From: Diplonema japonicum
Taxonomy: Eukaryota; Protista; Euglenozoa: Diplonemea
Direction of reading: 5' to 3'
Assembly: GCA_964019335.1 (NCBI GenBank)
Contig: OZ025692.1
Coordinates: 248,001 to 312,000, forward strand
DNA length: 64,000 bases
Both the position numbers and the translations under genes were made by a program. The notes beneath the pieces were generated by a model. It was not told the origin of the DNA. It saw nothing but the letters and a program-made list of their open reading frames with translations, and ran no database searches. Positions 44,359 to 56,602 of the stretch are shown here, piece after piece. How positions within the stretch are numbered: position 1 is the first letter of the stretch; every line of letters starts with the position of its first letter.

Positions 44359-45357
44359 TTATAGCAAAGCACGATAGATGCTGTCCATCCGTTTTGATGA
44401 CACCCTCCCTGCGCGTGCCACTTCAGCGCACAAAAGCCGGGTGTATTCCGTAAAAACCTCTCCCAACACCGGGTGCTCACGCAGCTTGTTTGCGTGTTCA
44501 ACAAGAGCCAAGCAGCTCTTCGAATCTTGGGGGGATCTGTAGAAGTAAGAGAGGGATTTTTCAAGGACATCACTGGCAGAAAGGGACTGGATAATAGCAT
44601 CCCAAAGCGGGGGTGAAGGTCCATGTACTGCGATGGCTTCGGAGAAATACTGTTCAGCGGCCGAAGGGTCCGGTTGGAGGGAGCAGGCGACGATGGCGCT
44701 GCAGTACAGGATGGTGTCCGGGGGGTACGATTCACGGGATTGTTCGAAAACAGCAAGAGCTTCTTGGGTGGTTTCTTTACTACGTACCAGTTCAGACCAG
44801 AAACCCGTGTACAGATGACGTTTGTCGGATGTGGTTCGGACTAGGATCTCTGCTAACCTCGTTCCTTCGTTATGCAGACCGCCTCTCAAGAGCAATACAC
44901 ATATTTGAGAAAGAAGCTTGGGGTCTGATTTTTGTAAGTCGTGTGACCACTGCAACTTACTCCAAAGGGAAGCGAGATCCTCACAGGATGGGCGGGGTTT
45001 GCTGTGCGCTACGGCACGAAAGACAAGAACGTCAAATCTCAGCATCATTCTAGAAGTGGATCGTACCCCTATCTGAGACATCCAGGTGCGCATCGCTCGT
45101 GCTGTTTGCCCCATCCCTCTTTTCGCCATCCATTCTAACAGCAATAAACAGGTCTTCTCGCCAACGTCGTACCCTTGTGACTGCAGCACTTTTACTTCGT
45201 CGAGAACTCTTTTAGCTTCACTCTTCACCGTTGACAAGTCCATTCCCTTGTTCCCCTTCTTGCTTAAGCCCCGGAGCTGTGACTTGAACATCATCTCAAC
45301 CGTCTCGTCATCTTTTACGGTCACTCTCACTAACTGGCGTGCCGTGATTCTCAACAT
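44359..45357 (-). CDS. PPR-like helical repeat protein, probably mitochondrial
   Basis: MLRITAR targeting-like start and PPR-like units (PDTILYCSAIVACS, PPLWDAIIQSL). Confidence 0.65.
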   Translation of the reverse strand: MLRITARQLVRVTVKDDETVEMMFKSQLRGLSKKGNKGMDLSTVKSEAKRVLDEVKVLQSQGYDVGEKTCLLLLEWMAKRGMGQTARAMRTWMSQIGVRSTSRMMLRFDVLVFRAVAHSKPRPSCEDLASLWSKLQWSHDLQKSDPKLLSQICVLLLRGGLHNEGTRLAEILVRTTSDKRHLYTGFWSELVRSKETTQEALAVFEQSRESYPPDTILYCSAIVACSLQPDPSAAEQYFSEAIAVHGPSPPLWDAIIQSLSASDVLEKSLSYFYRSPQDSKSCLALVEHANKLREHPVLGEVFTEYTRLLCAEVARAGRVSSKRMDSIYRALL

Positions 45358-46298
45358 CAATATTTATTTTTTTGCATTGTTTGCTTTATGATGTCCATGT
45401 AGTATTCACAATAAAATTCTCGTTCTAAAATGATGGAAGACACCCCCTCCAAAAAAAAAGAGAAGAAAAAGAAAGGAGTAACGAAACAATGTAAAGAAAA
45501 GAAGAAGAAAAAGGCTCTTTTTTTTTTCGGCAGGGTTTCATATCGAAAAGAAAAGGAAACCAGGAAGATAAAAAAAGAGAAGAAAAACAGAAGAAAAAAA
45601 AAACTCTCCTCGTTTCTTTGTTTCCCTTCTTCCTCCAAGAAAAAGAAGAAACGAAATGAAACAAAGAGGTCAGGATGGAATTCCAACTCATGAGCTGTTT
45701 TTTTTAAGGAGCTAGCTGTCTATCAACTGACTTGAGATCTTTTTTATTTTGAGGGGGGTCGAGCGTCACAGGATCAGAAGTTAGGTAAATTTCTTTTGAG
45801 AAAACCTCTAAATAGGTGGCGCTTTTTTTCAGCCCACACAGTTTTATATTGCGCAAGTTTCCAAAACCCACCTGTTGCAATCCCCTGCCTATTCTTCCTA
45901 AAGGCGGGCAGTTTTGTATGGATTCCCCTACTGGAGAAGGCTGTAGACTTAAAGCAATTCCTGTCTGTCAAACTGTGGATATATAACTCCGGGATTAGGA
46001 GTAAACCGAAACATAGCAACCGTAAACAAGGAAAAAAAAACAAAACCCGCGGTATTGTGCGCGAAGAAAAAGGGGGGGAACCAAAAAAAAGAACAGCGGC
46101 TATTCAGAGGTTGTTTTTCTCATTTCTCTACTCCCCCCCTCTGGAGCTTTCCCTTCCCTACTCTCCTTTTTTATTTTTATACTGGATATGAACTTATTAT
46201 GTTCCGTAAAAGTCCCAGGCTGTCCAAAATCCGAAAAAGGTACAGATTCGGGGGGAAAGAAGAGGAGGGGAACATCAGTAAGAGAAGTAAGGTTGTTT

Positions 46299-47948
46299 TT
46301 AGTAACTAATACTACCAACACGAGTGGGACGGGCGGTGTCCCAGTCATCGGGGTCTGTTGGAACAACTGGCATGGTGTCGTTCGCCTTAAAATTATTCAG
46401 CAAGACGAGACCAAGCGGAAGGAAAAGGTCATAAACCATCACCCCAACAGACAATGCAATTATCGTCAGGAATACATATTTGAGTTTCTTGTGGGTGGCG
46501 GGTGATGCCCTGTTGTTTGTTGTTTCATTCGTTGGAACTCAGAATTGAATATAAACATACATCCTGGTAGTCTCAACTGGGTCTGTATCCGGTGCGAGGT
46601 CATGTCTGTGTGGCTCCAAGACAGCAGAGAAATTATGACATCCTTGAGGCGCGTACTGTGTTTAGTAATTAGACCTTAAAAAAGAGGCATACCAGTGCAG
46701 CCTCAGGTGAGTCGCAGAGCAGTGTCGACGCTGTGAAGTCCCAGCACACGTATTGCTCGGCGATTGGTGTCAAGAATCCTTTAATAGCAATGACCGACGA
46801 CCACCAGTAGGGCCTGTCCTGGTGGATTCTCGCCAGGCTTGAGCACCCAAGACCGTACACCGTGAAGTTGTTCTTCCTCAACGTTGGGATTATCTCAGAG
46901 TTCGCAGGAATCGCTGTGACGTCGGCGACGACCACGGCAACGTTCCGCAAAACCGATGACGCACCTTTTAAAACCAAATCCTCCCATCGTCCTGCAGAAA
47001 CCTGTTGGTTTTAGTTAAGTAAAAAAAACACCTCCCGCGGGGCTCGAACCCGCGACCACAAGGTTAAGGGCCTTGCGCTCTACCGACTGAGCTAGGGAGG
47101 CTGACGAAAAATGGCACGGGTGTTTTCGGGATAATAATACTACGCACATGCGCACAATGATATTTTCGGTTTTTCCCCCCTTTCGAGAAAAAGAACAATA
47201 CCTTCATGATTGGTATGACGATTTCATCCGTGCTTGTAATCAAGGTGTCCAACATCGACACATTGACAAGAGTGGGCACTTGCTCATAATCATCGCCACG
47301 AACGCGCTGGAAGGAGGAGTGGCTGCTGTCCCTGTTGAACCAGAATTGCTTGTTCATGTAGTCTTGATCACCAAGGCCTAAGTTCAGAACCGCGGCTTGG
47401 ATGCCCTTGTCGGAGTAGTGTGTTGCATCGTTACGCATTGTTGCATATGTGGTTGGGTGAGGCTCAAACGCGACGGCGTTTGTGTTTTCAGCTGCATATG
47501 CCCCAGCAAGCCACTCCATGTCGGAGGAACCTGTGTATCCAATATCAATAATTAACCGTTTACCAGGAACTCTTTTGCGTGTTTCAGCGTCTAGTGCACG
47601 GAGGATAGGTTGCCAAGTGCTGGAACTAGTTCTACGGTGCCCAAATTCCTTCGTGTGATAAGGTTCTCGTACCCCCCAGCTCCCTGGAACCCGTCGGGAA
47701 CACGCCTCACACCCAGGCATCGCATCTTCACATTTATGGTTCTCATTAACATATGTCGCTGCATTAGCACAGGTTTGCGGCTGCGCCTCGTCAGATTTTG
47801 GTATCTCAGTTTTTATACTTCCTTTTAACCATTCTCTAGGGAACTTTACAGCCGACCGCCCAGACTTGTCCGAGCCTACATCACTCGCTGTTAAAAACCC
47901 ACAAGCCAGCAGGAACGCAACAAAAATTGCGACCCTTTGCTTCTTCAT
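46299..47948 (-). CDS. FkbM-family (Methyltransf_21) SAM-dependent methyltransferase with N-terminal signal anchor; multi-exon
   Basis: IIDIGY, VAFEPHP and VLNLGLGD motifs. Removing intron 47002-47201 gives IMK|VSAGRWEDLVLKGA (cf. KIDVEGxE..VLxGA). Further likely introns at 46656-46692 and 46510-46560; the 3' end is less certain. Confidence 0.75.
47029..47101 (-). tRNA. trnK-CUU: tRNA-Lys(CUU), intronic, with atypical C33
   Basis: Cloverleaf GCCTCCC-TA-GCTCAGTCGGTAGAGC-G-CAAGG-CCCTTAA-CCTTG-TGGTC-GCGGG-TTCGAGC-CCCGC-GGGAGGT-G. Intact A and B boxes, with a T8 terminator directly after. Confidence 0.93.
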
Positions 47949-48184
47949 TGTCTTTCTTTTTTTTTTTTTTTTAAAGCAACACAGTTGGTGCGTTTCCCCT
48001 TCCCTCACGAGGGCGCGGGACTCCTGTGGTAAGACTGAGAGAACATGGGATCCTTGAAAACAAAAAAGAATTCACTATGATAGGAACGGAGTGGTTAGCA
48101 ACGGCCTGCCGCAGTGGCGTGTTATGATAAAGAGGTAGGTTTGTGCAACCGCACCATTAAGTGGGTTAAATCTAAAAAGGTATG

Positions 48185-48326
48185 AACTGCTCAGAAGCAG
48201 CTTGAGAAATTGCTTGAACAGCACCGTAGTGCTGACAAGCGGGTAATTGGGTAGTTTTCAACCAGCAATCTCACCATGGCGTCCCTGTTAGGTCATTGCC
48301 TATGGCTTCTTCCCGAGCGCAAGGAT
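48185..48326 (-). ncRNA. U4: U4 spliceosomal snRNA
   Basis: 5' ATCCTTGCGC (U6 stem II), K-turn stem-loop with GCAATGA-CCT…GG-GA-CGC, TGCTGGTTGAAAACT (U6 stem I), central hairpin GCTTG…CAAGC, Sm-like AATTTCTC and 3' hairpin AGCTGCT/AGCAGTT. About 142 nt, collinear with plant/animal U4. Confidence 0.9.
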
Positions 48327-49218
48327 ACCCAGACGAATAACCAAACACATACTAAATTCGAGTCAGCCCCTTTGGAATCGGCCATGTGATGCAACAATTT
48401 AACATGACAAAAGCAAACATTCGGCAAGCACAAAACCGAACCGAAGCTCGAGCACCTCTTTAATCACCATGACGTGTTCTACAGGTTTGTGATTGGTCAG
48501 GATGAAATCAACGCCTCCGAATGTGTAGTCCAGTTGCACGGTTGCAATCATCGCATGACCATGCGGCCGTGAAGAAACCTTGCTTTCCTTCGCTCTTCAA
48601 GAGGTCCGTGTCACATTTTTTACTCAGATTAAAACCGCCTGTTGTGTTTGATAGTCACACTCACACAAAAACTCAGATAGCAAAAACTAACTTTAAAAAA
48701 ATCGTTTCAAAAGCAAAAAAAAATAAAATAAAAGAAACCATAAACGTCGATTTGGAAAAGAAAAAAGAAATATGGAGAGGAAGCGAAGAAAAAGAATGAA
48801 ATATAAAAAAAAAGGGGTATGAGAATAGGATGGGTTGAGGCAGGATGAACAAAAAGAGGTTTTTTTTTCTCTTCCTTTTCGTTATTTGGTAAAAAAAAAG
48901 AAAAAGGAAATATGAAATAAAGAACACTACAAGACCCTGTTAAAAGAAAAGACCCCGCCTTGCCTGCCTGCCTGCCTGCCTTCTGGCTGCCCAGTGTTGC
49001 TAGAGATAAAATGGGGCAACTCTCTTGTTCTGCAAGCATCAGAAAATAAAATTAAAAAGAAAACAAAGAAGTTAACGTGGAAAAAAAATTCAAAGCACAG
49101 GGAGGGATCAAGGACAACTTAACCTTTTTTTTTTGTTTTCCGTTTCTTCTTCGGTGTGCATGTGTACTCCTCGCTGCTGTCTCGCTATCACCTTCACCAC
49201 GCCTCATGTCGATTTTGT

Positions 49219-52143
49219 TTACTGGCCAGCGATAGGTTGTCCCGTCATCCCTTGAGCGGTGTTGAAGAGGTTGATGGGGCTGCTGCCGTCTGTCACCATG
49301 TACCCTTGGAGGTTGAGGGCCTTCAGGAGCCTGACCTGGTTCTCAGGGCCTGCCTGAGCGATCGCCTTGATGGTCTCGGTACCGATGGAAGAGACAGTCT
49401 TCTTGAACTTGTCGGCCTCGATCTTCGCCAGCTCGCTCGCCTTGTCCACTTCCAGCCCGTCGAGCTCCTGCTGCTGCTGCAGCTGCTCTTCGTTCTTCGA
49501 GTTCTCGAGGTTGATCTCCGTCATGACCTGGATCTTCTGGGCCTCCGCCTTCTTCTTCGCAAGCTCCACCATCGACTCCGCCTCCACCTTCGCTGCCTCG
49601 GATGCGGCGGTCGCCTCTGCACGCTGTGCCCCTGTCGTCTCGATCGCCTGCGACTCCGCCTTCAGCTTCAGGAGCTCCATCCTGTCCTTCTCCGCGCTCG
49701 CCTTGTCCCGGATGAGCTGCGACTCCAACTCGCCTCTCGCCTTCTGCTCCTCTTCCGTCGCCTTCTGCTTCGCCGCCGCCTCCTGTCCCTGCGTCGTGAT
49801 GTGGATCGCCAGCTGCACCGACTTCATGAGCGAGTCCTTTGTCTTCTGGTCCACAGGCTCCACCGACTGGATGTCCACGTTGCTGATGACGAGCCCGTTC
49901 GTCGGGAACCTCAGAGCGCTGTACGGCCAGCTCCCAAGCAGTATCGGGACAGCCGCCTCCCCGATCACGACCTTCGCCTCCGCCGCCGCCGCAGCAGAGT
50001 CGATCTTCCCCCCGTTTTCCAGAACGAGCGCCTCGGATCCCACAGACGCCACCTTCGACTCCTTTCCGTTGAACAAGACCTTCGCCCCCACCTCCACAGG
50101 CCTGCCCCCACCCAGGAAGGTGTCCTTCGACCCGAAGACCGCACGGCGGATGATCGACGAGCTGTTTTTGTGGAAGTTGTCGAAGGACTCCCCTGCACAG
50201 CAACCCCTGATGCGCGACGCGATCGCCTTGCACGAGTCCCCCACGAAGTCTGGGACAGAGAAGACCCTCTTGCACTGCTCGGGCACCTTCGGGTCGATCT
50301 CGAACTTCCAGTTGTACGAAAGCTGCAGCTCCAGCCTCGCGTGGTCTGCTGTCTCAACCCTGATGTTGTCGGTCATGAAGTCCGGACCCAGGAAGCAGGC
50401 GAGGGTCTTGATCCTGTTCGGAACCTTCGGTTTGTCCCCAGAGAGCGAGATCACCGTGAACTCCTCGTCAGGGTTCAGGCACACCATGTCAGGCCCAGCC
50501 ACGCAGCGCGACGTCTTCTTCTTGTAGTCAAAGATCTGACAGATCGAGTTGTGCGGAACGCTGTAGATCACCACCTTTGTTTTGTCCCTGCCGGCCTGTC
50601 TGTCCTTCTTTCTGCTGTGCGACGTGACGGTCCCGGAGGTGGTCAGAAGGTTCTCAACCTGCTGAGGGAGCTCCTTCTCCCAGAGCTCCTCCTCTGGCTG
50701 CAGCATGTAGGAGGTGGGACCCATCTGTGCCCTCACAGCCCCAGTCTTCAGGTCTCGGATGTACACCCCCTCGTAGGCATGCATCGGCATCGCCCTCCTG
50801 CTCTCTCGCACCCGCACTTCCACTGTCGGGATGTACTCGCACGGCCCGTTGATCATCCACAGGTCACCAGCCTCCCTCGTCACCCCCTCACCGTCCGTGT
50901 GAGCCTCCAAGGCCTCCAGGAGAAGTGCTTCGTCCCCCATCAACACGTGCACGTCCTTCGCACACCCATCCTCCAGCTTCTCCATCGGGTTCAGGAAGAA
51001 CTTCGTCGGGCCCTTGATGAGCTTCCTCACCCCCATCTGTGTCTGCTTCGTCTTCGCGTCGAACGGGTCCAGGAGGATGCAGTACTGCTTCTTGTTCAGC
51101 ACCAAGAGAGGGATCTGCTTCAGCACCGTCTCGTTCGGGGTAGGGGTGTAGGTCTCTGCCTCCTTGTTTGTCACCAGCCACACGTCACCAGGCCTCCTCT
51201 CAACCCCGAAGCGGTCCTTGAACGCGTTCACGCAGTGCACGTGGATCGCTTTTGTCTCTCCCAGGATATTTGCCTCGACCACTTCCACCACTGTCTCGTC
51301 CACGCTAGGCATGTAGGTCCCGAACCTCGTCCAAAGCCACTCGCTTCCCACCTTTCGAGACACTCCCTCCCTGTCCACGAAGGTGTTCACTGCCTTCAGC
51401 CTCAGAGCCTCGTTCTCCGCGACAAAGTGTGCCTTCACCGTCCCCAGCACCTCCTTGCACACGTGCGGGTAGTACGTCTTCGGTCCTTCCTCCAACCACT
51501 CGTCTCCCGCGGTCCTCTTCACAACCTTTCCTTCCGCGTTCTGTTGTTGTGTTGAGAGGTATTTTTTTTTCTTTATTCTTTTCTTACACACCATGTCCTC
51601 AAAGTCGCGGACAGCCTTCACTCGGTTCGCAGAGTTGGCCCCCAAGACTTGCAGGGGCTCCAGCTTCCCAGACAAGAGCTCCCCAGGGTACAGGGGGAAG
51701 GGCGCGCAGTCCATCCTGATCTCCTGCTCCCCCAGAAGCGTCAGAGCTTGCCTGTGTGGAAATGTGTGTGTGAGTGTGTTTTGAATACCCAGCAGCATCG
51801 AGAAGGGGTGCCCCCTTGGCGTCCCTCTTCACAGGGTTGTCGATGATGCAGTATTGCCTGGGCGGGACCACCACGAACGGGCGTGGTTGGCACATGATCT
51901 GTTGGTGGTGGTAATTTGTGCCTTCCCCTCCCCTCCCTTCCCCATCTCATGCTGTCTCAACATACCTGCTCATGTTCCTTCTTTGTGATGGTGGAAGGAC
52001 CTGTCTTCAGGAGCGTTGCTGAAATGTTTTGGTCCTGTGTGTGGTTGTGTTGGTTTATGTTTGCTCCCCCTCCCCTCTCTTTTCCATACCAGCACATGGG
52101 TGTAGTGCCCAGGTTTAAGGTGGATGACGTCAAACTTCGACAT
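49219..52143 (-). CDS. MVP: Major vault protein, copy 1, 5 exons
   Basis: Vault repeats (VPPRQYCIIDNPV, AGDEWLEEGP), LQPEEELWEKELP, FLGPDFMTD, FSVPDFVGDSCKAIASRIRG, SVEPVDQKTKDSL, cap helix, TDGSSPINLFNTA. Introns at 52035-52089, 51899-51965, 51752-51788 and 51541-51591. Confidence 0.97.
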
Positions 52144-52176
52144 GTTTGCAACCCTAAGATGGGGGATGAGAAGAAG

Positions 52177-52218
<42 letters not shown>

Positions 52219-53459
52219 GGCTTCGTTTTCTCTTTTCTTCGATAACAGTTCATTTCCGCTGTTAAATTAAATTCTCTGTGCGATGTCGTTTCTACGCTTT
52301 CCGTGGTACCGCCTCTAGCACCTGCTAAGGAGGAGGCGTGCCATAATGTGTAGTAGTGCGGTGCCGGCGGCTTCTTCTTGGTGCGGGGCACCTTTGTACC
52401 TTGCGGGGTCTTTTTCTTTTTTCTCCTTACATTCGTTATTTTCTTTTTTTCTCCTGGCTTTTTGTGAACTTTGCTTTTTAAGTTTGGGTGTAAAAAAGAA
52501 AAAAAAAAAAGAAAACACGAACGGGTTTAAATAAAACCGAAAGGGTGACGGGGAGGGTAACATTTTAAAGGTGGGCGTTCTTTTATTTTTATTCCTTCTT
52601 TCTCCGTGCACACCATTTGACCGGCATGCGGTGTTGCATGAGACCCCCACCCCCCCTTCTCTTTTACTTCCTTCCCCCCCGCTTTTTTTTTTTCCAGTGC
52701 CACGTGGCACACGGGAAGGGAGAGTTTTTTGGGGGAGACATGCGCCTTCTCTTCTTTTTTTTTTTTTAATCTGTATTGTTGCATCGTTTCTTCATTTTTC
52801 AACACAATCTTCGATTTTTTTTTTTTTTTTTTAAAGCAACAGCTGGTGAACGGGGGAGGGGGGTAGGGAAAAAATTAACGTTGGAAGAAAAAAAAAAAAA
52901 AAAAAAAAAAAAAAAGCAAAAAGAAACAGTTAAGAAAGGTTGCGAAGACGGTAGCTTGAACATGGAGTTCAAAAAGGCTGGCTTCAAGGGGGGAAAAAAA
53001 ACGAAGAAGGGAAAATATAACTACGAACACTTCCCGTTTGTAAAACCAGTTGTAAAGTGAAAAAAATGACAAGCTCCCGGACACCAAAAATAACTCAGAC
53101 GGTTTTTAAGGCTTTATACCCTTTTCTTTTTTATTTATTAATTGACATTTGTCAGTCCGGGAGTTTTTCGCTTTACAGTTTTTAAAGAAAAAAAAAAAGA
53201 AGAAAAAAAAAAAAGTTAAAAACACCCGCCGCATCTCTGCTAGATTAAGACGGGCAGTACTTCTCTCATCAAAAAAAGGGGATTCAGCTTAGAAAAATGG
53301 GTAGAGGGGGAAGTAAAGGGAGGGATCAAGGACAATAATATGTTTTCTTTTTTTTTTTCTTTCTTTTTTTTTTTCCCCCACTATTTCTTCTTCGGTGTGC
53401 ATGTGTACTCCTCGCTGCTGTCTCGCTATCACCTTCACCACGCCTCATGTCGATTTTGT

Positions 53460-56442
53460 TTACTGGCCAGCGATAGGTTGTCCCGTCATCCCTTGAGCGG
53501 TGTTGAAGAGGTTGATGGGGCTGCTGCCGTCTGTCACCATGTACCCTTGGAGGTTGAGGGCCTTCAGGAGCCTGACCTGGTTCTCAGGGCCTGCCTGAGC
53601 GATCGCCTTGATGGTCTCGGTACCGATGGAAGAGACAGTCTTCTTGAACTTGTCGGCCTCGATCTTCGCCAGCTCGCTCGCCTTGTCCACTTCCAGCCCG
53701 TCGAGCTCCTGCTGCTGCTGCAGCTGCTCTTCGTTCTTCGAGTTCTCGAGGTTGATCTCCGTCATGACCTGGATCTTCTGGGCCTCCGCCTTCTTCTTCG
53801 CAAGCTCCACCATCGACTCCGCCTCCACCTTCGCTGCCTCGGATGCGGCGGTCGCCTCTGCACGCTGTGCCCCTGTCGTCTCGATCGCCTGCGACTCCGC
53901 CTTCAGCTTCAGGAGCTCCATCCTGTCCTTCTCCGCGCTCGCCTTGTCCCGGATGAGCTGCGACTCCAACTCGCCTCTCGCCTTCTGCTCCTCTTCCGTC
54001 GCCTTCTGCTTCGCCGCCGCCTCCTGTCCCTGCGTCGTGATGTGGATCGCCAGCTGCACCGACTTCATGAGCGAGTCCTTTGTCTTCTGGTCCACAGGCT
54101 CCACCGACTGGATGTCCACGTTGCTGATGACGAGCCCGTTCGTCGGGAACCTCAGAGCGCTGTACGGCCAGCTCCCAAGCAGTATCGGGACAGCCGCCTC
54201 CCCGATCACGACCTTCGCCTCCGCCGCCGCCGCAGCAGAGTCGATCTTCCCCCCGTTTTCCAGAACGAGCGCCTCGGATCCCACAGACGCCACCTTCGAC
54301 TCCTTTCCGTTGAACAAGACCTTCGCCCCCACCTCCACAGGCCTGCCCCCACCCAGGAAGGTGTCCTTCGACCCGAAGACCGCACGGCGGATGATCGACG
54401 AGCTGTTTTTGTGGAAGTTGTCGAAGGACTCCCCTGCACAGCAACCCCTGATGCGCGACGCGATCGCCTTGCACGAGTCCCCCACGAAGTCTGGGACAGA
54501 GAAGACCCTCTTGCACTGCTCGGGCACCTTCGGGTCGATCTCGAACTTCCAGTTGTACGAAAGCTGCAGCTCCAGCCTCGCGTGGTCTGCTGTCTCAACC
54601 CTGATGTTGTCGGTCATGAAGTCCGGACCCAGGAAGCAGGCGAGGGTCTTGATCCTGTTCGGAACCTTCGGTTTGTCCCCAGAGAGCGAGATCACCGTGA
54701 ACTCCTCGTCAGGGTTCAGGCACACCATGTCAGGCCCAGCCACGCAGCGCGACGTCTTCTTCTTGTAGTCAAAGATCTGACAGATCGAGTTGTGCGGAAC
54801 GCTGTAGATCACCACCTTTGTTTTGTCCCTGCCGGCCTGTCTGTCCTTCTTTCTGCTGTGCGACGTGACGGTCCCGGAGGTGGTCAGAAGGTTCTCAACC
54901 TGCTGAGGGAGCTCCTTCTCCCAGAGCTCCTCCTCTGGCTGCAGCATGTAGGAGGTGGGACCCATCTGTGCCCTCACAGCCCCAGTCTTCAGGTCTCGGA
55001 TGTACACCCCCTCGTAGGCATGCATCGGCATCGCCCTCCTGCTCTCTCGCACCCGCACTTCCACTGTCGGGATGTACTCGCACGGCCCGTTGATCATCCA
55101 CAGGTCACCAGCCTCCCTCGTCACCCCCTCACCGTCCGTGTGAGCCTCCAAGGCCTCCAGGAGAAGTGCTTCGTCCCCCATCAACACGTGCACGTCCTTC
55201 GCACACCCATCCTCCAGCTTCTCCATCGGGTTCAGGAAGAACTTCGTCGGGCCCTTGATGAGCTTCCTCACCCCCATCTGTGTCTGCTTCGTCTTCGCGT
55301 CGAACGGGTCCAGGAGGATGCAGTACTGCTTCTTGTTCAGCACCAAGAGAGGGATCTGCTTCAGCACCGTCTCGTTCGGGGTAGGGGTGTAGGTCTCTGC
55401 CTCCTTGTTTGTCACCAGCCACACGTCACCAGGCCTCCTCTCAACCCCGAAGCGGTCCTTGAACGCGTTCACGCAGTGCACGTGGATCGCTTTTGTCTCT
55501 CCCAGGATATTTGCCTCGACCACTTCCACCACTGTCTCGTCCACGCTAGGCATGTAGGTCCCGAACCTCGTCCAAAGCCACTCGCTTCCCACCTTTCGAG
55601 ACACTCCCTCCCTGTCCACGAAGGTGTTCACTGCCTTCAGCCTCAGAGCCTCGTTCTCCGCGACAAAGTGTGCCTTCACCGTCCCCAGCACCTCCTTGCA
55701 CACGTGCGGGTAGTACGTCTTCGGTCCTTCCTCCAACCACTCGTCTCCCGCGGTCCTCTTCACAACCTTTCCTTCCGCGTTCTGTTGTTGTGTTGAGAGG
55801 TATTTTTTTTTCTTTATTCTTTTCTTACACACCATGTCCTCAAAGTCGCGGACAGCCTTCACTCGGTTCGCAGAGTTGGCCCCCAAGACTTGCAGGGGCT
55901 CCAGCTTCCCAGACAAGAGCTCCCCAGGGTACAGGGGGAAGGGCGCGCAGTCCATCCTGATCTCCTGCTCCCCCAGAAGCGTCAGAGCTTGCCTGTGTGG
56001 AAATGTGTGTGTGAGTGTGTTTTGAATACCCAGCAGCATCGAGAAGGGGTGCCCCCTTGGCGTCCCTCTTCACAGGGTTGTCGATGATGCAGTATTGCCT
56101 GGGCGGGACCACCACGAACGGGCGTGGTTGGCACATGATCTGTTGGTGGTGGTAATTTGTGCCTTCCCCTCCCCTCCCTTCCCCTCTCTTACCCTCATCT
56201 CATGCCTTCCCCTCCCCTCCCTTCCCCTCTCTTACCCTCATCTCATGCTGTCTCAACATACCTGCTCATGTTCCTTCTTTGTGATGGTGGAAGGACCTGT
56301 CTTCAGGAGCGTTGCTGAAATGTTTTGGTCCTGTGTGTGGTTGTGTTGGTTTATGTTTGTTTCCCCTCCTCCCCTCTCTTTTCCATACCAGCACATGGGT
56401 ATAGTGCCCAGGTTTAAGGTGGATAACGTCAAACTTCGACAT
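53460..56442 (-). CDS. MVP: Major vault protein, copy 2, 5 exons
   Basis: Protein identical to copy 1 in the ORF track (offset 4241 nt). Intron 2 is expanded (56140-56261). Confidence 0.97.
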
Positions 56443-56602
56443 GTTTGCAACCCTAAGATGGGGGATGAGAAGCAATGTAAAGAAAAGAAGAAAAAACGAA
56501 AAAAATAACGTGCGAGCCCTGCTACGAGAAAGGAAAAAGCCCACTTGTTAAATCTGCAAATCTATCATTCGCCCGGCTCTAACCAAGCCCACTTCGACGG
56601 CT

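Noticed and set aside
13194-52089. Apparent excess of intron lengths divisible by three
   Set aside because: About half of ~20 introns; the sample is small and homopolymer lengths are unreliable.
53070-53166. 12-bp inverted repeat AAGCTCCCGGAC/GTCCGGGAGTTT between the MVP copies
   Set aside because: Too short and single-copy to call an element.
49156-55796. 799- and 818-aa plus-strand ORFs
   Set aside because: Antisense shadows of the codon-biased MVP genes.
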